Shown: positions 1 through 12,090 of the stretch, one piece after another
Numbering within the stretch: the stretch's first letter is position 1
How the letters are laid out: each line of letters opens with the position of its first letter
NCBI GenBank assembly: GCA_000934665.2
Contig: KZ538158.1
Coordinates: 1 to 64,000 of the forward strand
Direction of reading: 5' to 3'
Origin: Catajapyx aquilonaris
Lineage: Eukaryota
DNA: 64,000 nucleotides
Program-made: the position numbers and the translations under genes
The notes under the pieces: model-generated
Told to the model about the DNA's origin: nothing
Seen by the model: only the letters and a program-made list of their open reading frames with translations
Database searches by the model: none

Positions 1-159
1 TATATTAAGTAAAAAAGGCATATTCATTATACAGTATGTTATCAGAAACCATTATTTTCGCGGCTTTTCCAGTTTTCCCCGCCACTTCTCCCTTTTCGGT
101 TTGGATTCCCTATTTTTCCAACACAAAATATAGAGGGTGATCAGTGCAAAACGGCAAAG

Positions 160-237
160 CGGCAGAAACTATGAACACTTCTTTTTTTTCATCTTGATAA
201 AAGGAGTGTTTTACTTAGTGTTTTGAAAAATGCTTTC
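160..237 (+). repeat. ~78 bp direct repeat, copy 1 (copy 2 at 948-1027)
   Basis: CGGCAGAAACTATGAACACTTCTT...GTTTTGAAAAATGCTTTC occurs twice, nearly identical. Confidence 0.9.
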
Positions 238-947
238 ATTCGAGAGAATGGTGGAAAGAAATACAACAATAATAATAATAATAATAATAAATTAATTGCC
301 GAATTGAAATTGGGTGGAGGTCTTGGAGTTTTATTTATTTTTTTAACTTCAAGGGGAGGGGGAAAGTGTTGTTAGTTTGATCCTCTTTGATGACATCATG
401 TGGACAACGCTGGAGGAACAGCCGATGAGGAGTGATCGGTGGTTAGTAAATCCATCTGTTACTTTATTAGAGAGAGAGAGAGAGAAGTAATCGCCAAGAG
501 AGTATCGGAGGTGCGACCTCCTGGCTATGAAGACACTGCTCTAACAACTATACTATCCGTTTATTTAATATAGAGCCCTGTGTTTGACTCTAAACAACTC
601 CCAGACAAATTAGCCAAAAAATAATGGTATGTATCGTTAGAAGGCTTGTTTATATCCACGTTAATGCGAGTTGTTTTCCTATCGTCAGTCTCTAATTTTT
701 TATCGTAAAAAGAAGGCGGAAAACTGTCATTTTTTGACTAGTTGCCGACGTTACACAGCAAAGTTAATTTTTTATGACACTTTCAGGAGGCCAAAAAATC
801 CCCTTGTGAACCCTGGATAGTGCACATCTTTGTCTATCTAATGACATATTTGAAACATTGAGATCGCCATTTCTGCAATCATAATTAAGTTAATTGCGCA
901 CCTCTGTTATCTCGGCTGTTTATAATCCGAATTAATTACTAGACTGT

Positions 948-1027
948 CGGCAGAAACTATGAACACTTCTTCTCTTTTTCATCTTGATAAAAGGAGTGTT
1001 TTACTTAGTGTTTTGAAAAATGCTTTC
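948..1027 (+). repeat. ~80 bp direct repeat, copy 2
   Basis: Near-identical to 160-237, differing only in the pyrimidine run. Confidence 0.9.
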
Positions 1028-1518
1028 TTTACTTTGATAGTCGATGTTGAAACACATACTGGTACTGGATTTCACTACACTGAAATTTGTCACAAAAAAA
1101 ATCATAAGGCGTTAAGGACACATCTTGTATGCGTGTATAGAGAGCATTTCAAGGCATTAAAAAATGGTGGGGAAGAGAGGCGTAGCTCGAAACCAATAGC
1201 CTCGCTTTGGGATAATTTTAAATCCAATCCGTTCATAGCGTCTGATTTAAATGTATCCGAAATTTCTGCAAATTAGAATGAGCTTATTGATCAGAATTGA
1301 ATCCTGAACAGAATATCCTAAATTCAGCACTCATACTGCCATTAACTGAAATTGAATGAATAGAAAATGTACAGTATGTGTGTGTCAAAACCTCAACCTT
1401 GTAGTAAGTGTGCATGGCTACTTGTTTCTTCCCTCGTGACCTTTTAATCTTGAGTAATTCCTAAGTTATATTTGGAAACAATTTTTACGCTCTGTTATGA
1501 ACATAATATTATCTACAA

Positions 1519-1775
1519 GGGCGACATGGTGGCGGAGTGGTTAGCGCCGCAGCCTTCCACCTCTGATGTCCCGAGTTCGATCCCCGGGTCGGACAGAGGA
1601 TACTTATGTGGATAGAGTTTCGATGGGTTCTCTCCGTGTTCGCGCGGGTTTTCTCGAGGTTCTCCCGTTTCTCCCACTATCAAAATCCATCACAGCCCAG
1701 TCAAGGATTAAAGACGGGTATGATCCCCTAAGAGGCCCAAGAAGGCCTATCACGGGGTAGGCTATCCATTATTAT
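1519..1775 (+). mobile_element. tRNA-derived SINE, family A, with V-domain-like body
   Basis: A box TGGCGGAGTGG and B box GTTCGATCC; body GAGTTTCGATGGGTTCTCTCCGTGTTCGCGCGGGTTTTCTCGAGGTTCTCCCGTTTCTCCCAC resembles the V-SINE central domain; 3' stem-loop CCCCTAAGAGGCC..GGCCTATCACGGGGTA then an ATT-rich tail. Confidence 0.85.
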
Positions 1776-4700
1776 AATATAATTACTTTGTTCAAAAGAT
1801 TTAACTCGAAGATTTATGTAGCGTATAACTCCACGTGAAGGTGATATTTAGCAGTAAGTGAACATGATTGGCAGTAGATGAGAATGGCCTTGTTGGCTCC
1901 CGTTATTTATAATCACTAACTTAAAATCCAGTAAAAAGGAAATCTATAAATAAGTAATAAACAATCAACAAAAATTTTGACAGCTTCTACATGTTTTGTA
2001 TCGTAGTAGTTTGCGCTACTATACTGTATTAGTATTATATTTTGAATGCGCGAAATAACTTACTACTGTCGATTGCATATATAATCTATGATTTTTTTTT
2101 TCATTTTATTTGTTATTTTTTTTCGAACGTATACGCATCAGCTGCTTCTGGTTCATGATTGTTCTGCGCATAACATCATTCTGCACCAAAACACAATAAG
2201 GACACATACAATTTCCTGGGAATAAGAGGCAAGAGATAGTCGCACAAGTGGGAATTAGGATGTCCGTTTAGTCTTGTAAACTGAGGTTACTTATACAGGA
2301 AGGCTGGTACTTACAGCCTCTTGACACAATCATGGGCATCTCTTCGGCAGACCAGAATTATTCATGCAGATGCAGGGGCAATTCTAGCACTGCAGGGTGC
2401 CTGCATATTTGCAAATGGGACATCTGGTTTCTCAGAAACCTCTCTTGCACGTGTCATTAATATTGCTGGAAGTTTACAAGCCACAAATATGCCAGATATA
2501 CCGGTATGTTAAACTGTTATAATAGTAACTGTAATATAATATATTGTTCTTCTTGTTCCCACATTAATATAAGATTGGGATGAACACTTGATATGAAATC
2601 CACGTGTACCATCTGACACGTGGAGACCTAATGAGGACTGCATATCACAATATCAATGGACCTCCTGCAGTGCCACTCTTCAGCAAGACATTGAACAAAA
2701 ATGGACGTTCCTCTTCCTTAATGAGGCCCCATGCATGGCTCTCAAGTACTCTTGAGTAACCCAAAGAAAATGACATGTGAACATCTGAAGTAAAGTAGGC
2801 AGAGTCACACGTGCGTGAAATTTCAGTTATCTGCTGGTGACGTTAACTGTAGCAGACAGAACCGTTAATAAAGCAGGTTCTTGACTCAATTAGTCTCCAC
2901 ATCGTGGGTACATACTCGCACTAGATCGATCGATATCTGTCGATTGATTCCTTAGGTGGCGATTAGGGGAAGGAGTCAGGGTGTGTGGGGAGAGGTTGAT
3001 GGGTGGGTGAATGCAGAAGTGAAAATGGTGTGTGTGATGGAGCAGCACATAGAGGGAAAGATCTAAAGTGGCTGCCTGTGTGTCAGAGGCAGGCGGCGAC
3101 TTTCTCACGCTGGGCTCCCGAGTGTTTGCTCGCCCCCGATGCTCAAACAAGTGCCCGGGGCAAAACCCCGGCCCTCTCTGTCCATTCCAACCTGTGTTTG
3201 GCTTTGCTCGCTCCCACACTGTCCAATATATACGCGACATTCAAAAGGACCCGAGCTCAGGCGAATAATCGTAGTCACCTGCTATGGTGGGGTTATGAAC
3301 CTTCCTGAACTCACACAGAAAATGAAGAGCAAAATGCTTCAACTATGGTATTGTAATCAACTGAATTTTAGAGCACACATGTACGCATGTGTGTGTATAT
3401 AGAGTTTCCCACATGCGCCTGGTGAAATTTGACTAACGGGAAGAATCAATATAAAACCGTGGCCTGATCACAAGACCACCAGCTCGACATAGGATTGGTT
3501 CCCTGTGTGTTCAGAGAGAGGTCTCCTGTTGGCCAGGATCTTTTGCTCTCTGCTGATGGTGGATGAGGGGGGGGGTGATCTTCTAGTGTTACTGACCACC
3601 AGTTGGTCACGACGTCTTTTTTAAAGGCGAGTCTTCGGGTTTGCTATTGGCTGCTCCGGTACCAGAAAACAAAAAAAGTCTTATGGTAACCGGAGCAGCC
3701 AATGCTCACACGTCTTGGGATATAGGTTCTGGAGGAAAATTATTCGCGAATCCTGTTTAACGTGGGGGCAAAATGGCGGTTTTCGCAAATATTGCTGAAA
3801 TGCTATTGGCCGGAATCCATGGGAATTTTGCCAGTTGTGATGAGAAAGTTCTTGACAAGGCGCCGCTTTGACCGATGTCAAATCAAGAGTGGTGTTATGG
3901 CGATGCATTATTTACGGGACTAATCATCATTTATTTACATAAAGGTAGCAAACATCTCGGCGTTTGATCAGCCCACTGTAGATAGACGAGCTTATTATGT
4001 ACAGTACACTGCAGTATATACATCTGATCAATATAACAAGCAAGGCTACACTAATATATAGTACATACATAGCAAGCTCAACGCAACACAATAATGTTGT
4101 TACAATCATTTCGATGCACATATTCGGAGAAAAATTAATGCATCATTCATGTTGTGATAGTCGCTTAAAATCATGCTGATGGATTGTGACTGTACATTTT
4201 AATTATTTTGATTGGTGTTCAAACTACTTTCTACACTTTTGAGTCAAAAAATGTACTTCTGACTGTTTCAATGGCCTATGGATAATATACCGCGTATTTA
4301 TTTCAAGTGCATAAAGTGCGAAAAAACCTATAATAATAATGCTGACGTGCCTGGAAGTATGGAAAGAAATTCATAAAAATGTTTCAATCGATGCGCTTTA
4401 TTTTTGAGTTGTACATTATTTTTTTTTGGTACTTATTCATTATTACTTTAAAAGTCCAGAACAGAGAAAACCGCAGAAGAGTTCGCCCACTTAAACATTA
4501 AAAAAAGAGAAACCGGATCTGGACAAAGTACGAAAAGGGCACCACTAGGTCACGCTATGTCCTGGGAACGTGGCTTACAAAAGGTTACCCTGCAGTGTAG
4601 CCGGCATGAAAGAATCAGTGGACTCGCTTGCGGTGATCATAGAGCCTGCTGACTAATTCATGTACTAGGAGGAAAAACCGATGGCCGAAAGACATAAGGG

Positions 4701-5838
4701 GGCGGTAGGTATTGGCTCTCTTTTACTTCCTTATACGGGCCAGGCAGCAGGCCGCTTCAGTAACAACATGAGCGATTGCTCGTATTTCTCTCATAATTCA
4801 TCGTCTTGCATGTTATTCCACTGTGGTTAAGTCGGGGCTGATTCCACTTCTAGACGTCTTATCAAAAGCAGGTGCCGCCAGGCCACCTTACCCATATTGA
4901 TCCTTTCATAGGTAAGAAAGCCTACAAATATGCCCATCACATGTGCGTGCAAGCCGGCATTTAATGAGGCTTCCACGCAACAAAATGGGCGCAAGCTGCC
5001 ATGGGATGAGGTATGGAGATGAGTATCATTGGGACAACTGATTAACTTATTGCAGACGAGCGATCAAGATTTACACAGCATGAATGGTGCAATATATAAA
5101 TGTAATCATTGAAAATTTTGCATGTTTAAGCACAGTTAACCCGCCAAATTATCAAGCACCTGTACACCTGGCGAAGTGAAAAGAGGAACTGGATATCATA
5201 ACAAATTCATATCCAAATGACCTGACCTCACGTCCGTGACTCAGGACCGCACCTCACACATAGGTGGAATCATGTATAGAGTTGGGGGTTCCTAAATTAT
5301 GGGCCTGCGTATCGAATGTTCTGCTCCATCATTGCACAAACGAGCTCCACCTGAAGCACTGGCCGTCACCTGCTCTTTTCTCGGCCCCTCGAGCACCTCT
5401 AATGAGAGACAAAGCCCACTGATCGATCACTAGTGGGTCAAAAGTGGGCGGCAAGGTAGGGTAGGCACTCCCGGGGTATTATTTGTCACCTGCATAACTC
5501 ACCCTAGGTTAATGATGAATTTTTATATGCGCCGGACATCCCCCCCCCCCCCCACCAATATAATAAAAAATGCAACGAGGCAACGATGTGGAAGGTTATT
5601 TTTTGAAAAGGCTAAGCTGGGGAAAGTGGCATGGTACACCTGAGCTCACCTCGACTTATTCCCAGCTCTCGCATCAGAAATTCAGGTGAGGGGTTGGTGG
5701 TGGTAGGGGGGGGGGGTGGAGAAGACCGACTTCCGTCCTTATTACTGACATGCACATGCGGCATAGAGCACAAAACCTTTTCACTGTCGACCACCTGTAT
5801 AAACGGAGCGATTTTCTCGCCGCAGGTTGGCTAATTGG

Positions 5839-6052
5839 GACGTGAATAATAGCCGAATTACTGTGCATTATTTAATATTAATTTTTTTAAAGTGTGCAGA
5901 CTTGGGGATTGGCTACCTTGTACGTAATATTTGTATTGATGGTCATATACCAGACGTGAATAATATTTTGCATTATTTAAATAATTTTTAGTGAGACTTG
6001 GGCATTGGCTATCCCTGCACGTATAAGCGCATTGTATTAATGGTCATACCAG
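5839..6052. repeat. Degenerate tandem duplication, two ~105-110 bp units
   Basis: GACGTGAATAATA..GCATTATTTAA..AGACTTGGG(G/C)ATTGGCTA..TTGTATT(G/A)ATGGTCATA appears twice in series. Confidence 0.7.
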
Positions 6053-6061
6053 GGTACTTAC

Positions 6062-6177
6062 CATCCCGCTTCATGTTGACCTCCAGGCATTTTTTGAAAC
6101 GGCATGACTGACACTGGTTTCGTCTGGTCACGTCCACGATGCAGTTGCCGGACTCTTTGCAGACATAATCCAAATTC
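6062..6177 (-). CDS. NR2E6: NR2E6/PNR-like nuclear receptor, second zinc-finger exon (partial gene; later exons lie left of the window)
   Basis: cag|G-NLDYVCKESGNCIVDVTRRNQCQSCRFKKCLEVNMKRD-G|gtaagt. Phase 2 acceptor matches the phase 2 donor at 6802. Not in the supplied ORF track. Confidence 0.9.
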
Positions 6178-6801
6178 CTGCGAAAAGCAATATGGATATG
6201 TACTTTTTTTTTTTTTGGAAAAAAAAGGGATTGAGGAATGAATTACCCCCGGTAGTGTGACCTATATTGCGGCCTAGTCGATTTTCCAATGTGTAAAATG
6301 GATGGATGCAGATGCGTTTCTCCCAGGGGATACTCTACCTCGTGAAGAGATGGGAAAAGTGTGTGAAGCTGAAGGGGATATGGGGAATAGGAAGGGTGGA
6401 GAGGGAGTGTGTGTGATGCACTTCGCTATTTATTAGATGCAATTAGGTGTCGAAACGCATTCCTTTTGACAAAATTGAATCGTACTGACTGTCAAACTCT
6501 GTACGTATGACCACGATTTCATGCATCAAGAACATGTAACAAACAAACTGTTTGACCAAAAGGTCTCGGATTAGCATGCTATTCATGGAATACAAAATGA
6601 GGCTTGTTCCCAAATTTCTGTAATGCATAATTCCTGAGTATGTCATGCATATCAACCGCTGTCCTGATCCTCATCATGCAACACTACCGCAAAATCCGGT
6701 TATACTGTTCAAAACCCTCATATTATTATTTAAAACGAATCTGAGAAGGGGGCATGATCTGTACCGTGATTATTTATTTATTTATTCATTTGTTTAAGTA
6801 C

Positions 6802-6935
6802 CTGCGAATGGATCGTTTGAAGAATCCACGACATCCGTCGCAACTGGGAACACCATAGTGTTTTCCAGAAGCTTTATCTCCACACACTCTGCACAGCACC
6901 TCAGGCTTTTTATCCGATCCGGACGCCACCTCCAT
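6802..6935 (-). CDS. NR2E6: NR2E6/PNR-like nuclear receptor, first zinc-finger exon
   Basis: [44 protein letters not shown](R); P-box CDGCRG as in NR2E6. An acceptor (tttcag) puts the exon start at 6947, so an upstream exon exists; donor GT at 6801. Confidence 0.88.
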
Positions 6936-9793
6936 TTCGCCAAACACCTGAAACAAACAAAAAAAATGTGCAAAATTCATATCCAATATCCTCCGCATTG
7001 CAGCTAACCACCGATTTCCCCGATGGGTCGGATCCCACACGAGGGGGAAAAAATTCATGCGAATGTGCAATATGATCCGGTATATACCTTTTTATTATTC
7101 TCACCCCACACCCATACCATTCCCCCCAAAAAATCTGAATTAATGCCCACTTGGTATGGTGTGAAAATGGCCATCTGAGCGTAAGTGGCGTGTGCGATTA
7201 TTGGCAGTGGACATATACGAATGCCAATAATACCCCCATTTTGGGTGGGACAACCACAGGAAATAGGAAGTGGTTGCCAAAATTGGATCAAAATAATTCA
7301 AAAACCGCAGGTCTCCCCCTTGTATCTTGTTAGATCATGATTGGCTGTGGACGTGGAGCTAAACAAAAGGTAAAATTGGGTTACCCCCGATACGGTATGA
7401 AATCGGCGTAAACACAAGAGTTGGGGGGGGGGGGGNGGGGGGGGGGGCAGTATTGCAAAGCCCTGAGTTGTCACTTTTAACCCAAGGGTGATAAACGAGG
7501 GAGGTACAACGACAGGCATAATAAGTGAAAGGATGAAGGGGGAGCTTTAGGTTTGGTAATTGATGATGTAGATAGAAAAGAGTGTCACCTGCTCCCGTGC
7601 TCTCGAATCTGCATAATTTACCTCTTGAGTATGTCACCTGCCTCGATTCTGACTATTTAAAAAAAAATCACAAAAATTCCAGAAATCGTGTCCACTTGAA
7701 CTAAAAACAGTCACGGCGATTTTCCTAACGCGTTTATAGTGCGGTGCATCTGTCAGGCAACTTTTTTATGCATGTGCATATATTAGTTACATAACAGAGC
7801 CAATCAACCCGAACCCCTCCACCTTTTCTTCACCGTGTCAAATCGGAGATTAATACTGAACCGGATTAAAAATGCATCAGGAGGAGACGGAATTGGAGGC
7901 GCCATCAAATCCCCATCAGCACCAAGGGAAAAAGCCACACTGCAAAAGACGCCACTTGCTTTTGTCTCTTTTGGCCCCCCCTTCTTTTTATATATATTTT
8001 TTATCCGCCTTGTGACGCGCCTACCCAGTGACAAAAAGCTGTCAATGACGCGCCATTTTTTAAGAAATATATTCGACCCGTTCAAAAGTTTCGGTTATTA
8101 ATGATCTGATGATGCCTATCATATTTCGGAGGCTCATAAAGGCGTGAGAATGATCCCATGCGGGAGAGAAAAATTAGAGTGACAAGTGATGTTGACTTAT
8201 AATGATGCAAAATTGTCATTTCACTTTCTGGCTCTGTATAATATGCAGAAGGCATATGCATGAAAATTATGAAAATTATGGAAAATTATGGAACATGTGG
8301 AATTTTCTCATGGCTCACTATTTCATTATGGAAATAACATCAGGTCGATTATGGCATGGTGAAGTTACTCAACACTAAATTGGCGCTAATGCTTCACTCG
8401 CTCATTAAAATCCCCCAAACACATGACTCTCGAGCTGCCATCCATAATTCACATGACTGTATATGGACGACTATAGTCTTTTCCATCGGACGCCTTGCAA
8501 TTTTTATCAAGGTGGAATAAGTGATTGAGTTCCGGTCATCCGTTGCGTGAAAGGAAGACATTTTGTCCATGAAACGAGGCCAAACCTGGCCGTCCATTTG
8601 ACTTTCTCGTCAGGTAAGACGGATAACTCCCGCTTTCAATAATTCACAACCATGCATAAAAAGTCGAACCGATTTTGCCCAGATCAATACCAATCGACAA
8701 AAAAAAAATTTCGAGCATCATTTGCGTTTGTCATTCTCGCCTTGATGGGGTGAAGAATCGAGGGACACAGGTGTGCACACACACGCATACAGCGTCAGGT
8801 GTTTGGGGGGGTAAAATATACTGAATGTACCGTGGTGAAGTGGGATAATTGGAAACGCGTGTGCCTGATGCCAATGGGGAGTCAAAGCTTGACGCGGACC
8901 GAAGCGTCCCCGTGTAATTGCCCATTGATTTATGCCGCAACCAGGGCTCAGATTTTTGTGATTGCGCTGTTGGGGATGTCAACATGTGTCGAGCCAATTC
9001 CTTTTTGCTCCCCGGAGGACCTCCCCTGAAGGGTATGGCCGGTTGCAATTATTTGAAATTAAATCGCATGTATCAATTTAAATAATATTTTAATATCAGC
9101 ACAAACTGGCTTATGGCAGTGGTCCAAATGTAGTTGGGTGCTATGCGCTGTGGGATTGAACTTGCAAGAAAGTGGCGAGACTGAGTGGCTTGTCTCTGCT
9201 GGGTTTTTGGGGGCACCCCCCCATATTGACGCTGAGCTAGGCGGCTATTGTTTTTCATGGGAACTCTGCATGTGACCGGCGGTGGCTGCTGTTCAGGCCT
9301 TCCTCCTAGGCTCACCCACCCACCATCACACACACACAAAAAATGTTCAGTTCCGTTTCCCAGCTTTGACACTTTTTCGCCTTCTATTGCCCGGGCATTA
9401 AACAGATCATGCATCAAATTCTACGATTAATTAATTAAAATTAATAAATGCGCGCCAAGGAAAACAATTAAGTTAATGCAATTATGTGCGAAGTTTCATA
9501 TTACGAGACATATGATGCCTTCCTCGTGATATTACAGTATTGCAAAAATCATGCGCTAATCAACTGCAGTCTGATAACTTGACAATAATTTATGTCGATT
9601 GATATTATCAAAACCTCAATTCCCACGGTACTGTGCATCTTCGCCACCTTATACTCTGCTTTGATACAGCAATGAAAACCTATAATTAGCAGAACGATCA
9701 GAAACGTATTTTGGTCAAAACTGAGTTAAATATGGCTTATTGAAGCACTTGTATAGTGTTACTTCCTAATGAACGAGTAAGTTTTTGTATATA

Positions 9794-9872
9794 CAGCCTA
9801 AAACTTCTATATAAGTCGAATCTCCATGGGACCGGAAAAAAACTTGAACTTCGACTTAGGGAAGTTTTACTG
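9794..9872. mobile_element. Short pogo/Tigger-like MITE, same family as 21762-23633
   Basis: TA|CAGCCTAAAACTTCT...GAAGTTTTACTG|TA; shares AATCTCCATGGGACCGGAAAAAAA with ~21778-21802; TTCGACTTA subterminal motif. Confidence 0.75.
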
Positions 9873-9891
9873 TAATTTAATTCCACTATAA

Positions 9892-10045
9892 TGCCGGTTA
9901 ACAAGCGAGCGATTTGATCAGCGATGTTGCAGCGATTGCAGCGAAAGTAACAATCGTGGTAACGATACGGTATATTTTCGCCATAAACAATTGGTCACAT
10001 CGCTGCAACATCGCTGATAAATCGCTCGCATGTATAAACGCCGCT
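9892..10045. mobile_element. Palindromic MITE, PIF/Harbinger-like
   Basis: Arms GCGAGCGATTTGATCAGCGATGTTGCAGCGAT / ATCGCTGCAACATCGCTGATAAATCGCTCGC; TAA/TTA flanks. Confidence 0.65.
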
Positions 10046-11059
10046 TTACAGACCATTATACAAAAATGTTCCAAAAAAAATTCCAATAAGGGTACAATAT
10101 TCAAACTTTTGAAACGCCAGATCCCTAACATCATTGTGATTATGACCTTCCTGAATTAAAGCTGTTCACATTTGAAAGAGCGTCAAGCAGTTACCATATA
10201 GAATGGGGAATCTGGATCGGGGCGTAACCGGCAAAAGCTACATTAATACGCGTATAACCGATTCTAGCAAATTTAACTGAACAGAATGAATTCGTTTCAA
10301 AATGAATTACGTCCATCTCTGTGCCCAAGGGATATACTTCCATAGCGATCTTCATTATTTTCCGCACTTCATTACCGTCTGCAATCCTTCGATTACACAC
10401 TTGTACTATATCATAATTCGGAGCCTACCAAGACGGTAGTGCCACAGATATTAAATATCTATATATGGGTAGGGCCTCGGGGTATGATCTAGCCAAATTA
10501 ATTTTTGTGCACTGGCTTTTTCTGCGTTACAGATTCCCATACACTTGCGATCCGTTTAGGGTTTGGCTATAAGTTTTAGGCGAAAATTAGCCGAAAAGCT
10601 GCCATTTTTTGACAGCTTCATCCCTGCGTATAGAGGTGTACTTTTTCGGATAGTTGGTACACAATCAAGAGCTCTAAAATATGCATAGCTGTGTTGCGCA
10701 AGTATACGTGTTTTTAGCTTTTTAATACATTGTACCCTAATTTACACGCAAAAACAGAACCAGGCAAGTGAATAGTAATTATTCTAGAGATGGTACAAGA
10801 TAGTGTATTTTATCCATAATGTACCTCCACTGAAATAATTATTTATAATTAGAATGAAATAATTATAAATAGTCTCCTTTGACTATAGTTTCCAGATGTG
10901 AGAGTTGGACGGTTGGAGATTGAATTTGTTGAATGTGGGAGTTTGTTTCCCCAAAAAATATCACGAGAGCTGCAATAATTACGTATATTAGTGAATCAAA
11001 TTCTGATCTGAACTTCAGTTAAAAACCTTCCAATGTCTATCCGAATGTGACTGCTGTCG

Positions 11060-11188
11060 GTCCATAATCCACGCGGACAGATTTTTTCACTTTTTTTACC
11101 TCCCCCCTCCCCTTTGCGGACAGAAGCGGACAAAGTGCAACCCCCCTCCCCCCCTTCACTTGTCCGCGCGGATTATGGACGGCCCCTT
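11060..11188. mobile_element. MITE, Harbinger-like termini, left end eroded
   Basis: GTCCATAATCCACGCGGACA / TGTCCGCGCGGATTATGGACGGCCCC inverted repeat. Confidence 0.65.
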
Positions 11189-11585
11189 CTGAGTTTTAGA
11201 TCTTCATCTAATAATTGAATTGTCCGGTTCAGTTAGAATTTTTGTCACTAATCTTATTATTTTTAAACAGTTATACTTTTGCATAGACACCTTTAGTACT
11301 TATAAAAAAAATTACCTGCTGGCAATATTATAGTTGCGTGGATCCGGCCAGGGGTCGGACCGGCAAAAAAAGTTCAATCATTGCCTTTCGATGCCAATAC
11401 TGTATTGTTCCAATGAGCCATTCCTAATGGGAAATGTATCGAAATTCACTGCTTATACAGATTATTAACTTAGGTCAAATAAATCAGCTAATGCCTTCAT
11501 AACCACTGAAGGTAACTGTGCAAAAGTGACTGCTAAAATAAGCAGCTTAGTATCAAAATTTCTAACTGAAACGGGCAATTCAACT

Positions 11586-11832
11586 GAATCGGTTTTAGGA
11601 AAAGGGATGTAAGTCACAAAATTGCGATTTTCAGGTTATTCGTCGATGGTATAGTACAACGCAAGGGGCATACGTAGACATACGTATTCATACGTAGACA
11701 TCACCTTCATGTCAGGAATGAACTGGTAAACATTCACTGCTGTAGCTTTTGTAGATTTTGAATAAACAGTTTTTTGTCATTCTCCAAAAGTTGTATTTTT
11801 GTGACTTACATCCTTTTTCCTAAAACCGATTC
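11586..11832. mobile_element. MITE with ~36 bp TIRs and a 4-bp TSD (AACT), Sola-like by TSD length
   Basis: AACT|GAATCGGTTTTAGGAAAAGGGATGTAAGTCACAAAA ... TTTTGTGACTTACATCCTTTTTCCTAAAACCGATTC|AACT. Superfamily is inferred. Confidence 0.75.
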
Positions 11833-11989
11833 AACTAGATGAATTAGTTCACATGCTGCATACATACTATAACATACTGCTGCATAGCGGTATCAAACTG
11901 AGTGAAATATTTCTCTTATTAGTCATTAGATACAACATGATACTGGATTCTCTGAGAGGATCTTCTTTGGCCCGACTTTATTTAATAAC

Positions 11990-12090
11990 TGCCCCGGCGA
12001 TGAATGTTAATTGTGCAAGGAAACTTGAGAACCCCGAGAAAACCTACTCGAACACAGAGATAATCGCATGAAACCCATTCCGCATGAGAG
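11990..12090 (-). mobile_element. Degenerate family A (V-like) SINE fragment
   Basis: Reverse complement reads TCTCTGTGTTCGAGTAGGTTTTCTCGGGGTTCTCAAGTTTC, matching the 1519 SINE body. Confidence 0.6.

Noticed and set aside
1..6061. NR2E6 hinge and ligand-binding exons
   Set aside because: No AVQHER or LBD-like reading found; candidate donors such as ~2314 have stops in all three frames nearby.
7423..7447. Poly-G/C runs with a single N (7436, 45800, 54550)
   Set aside because: Likely assembly joins at homopolymers; lengths are unreliable, so no G-quadruplex claim is made.
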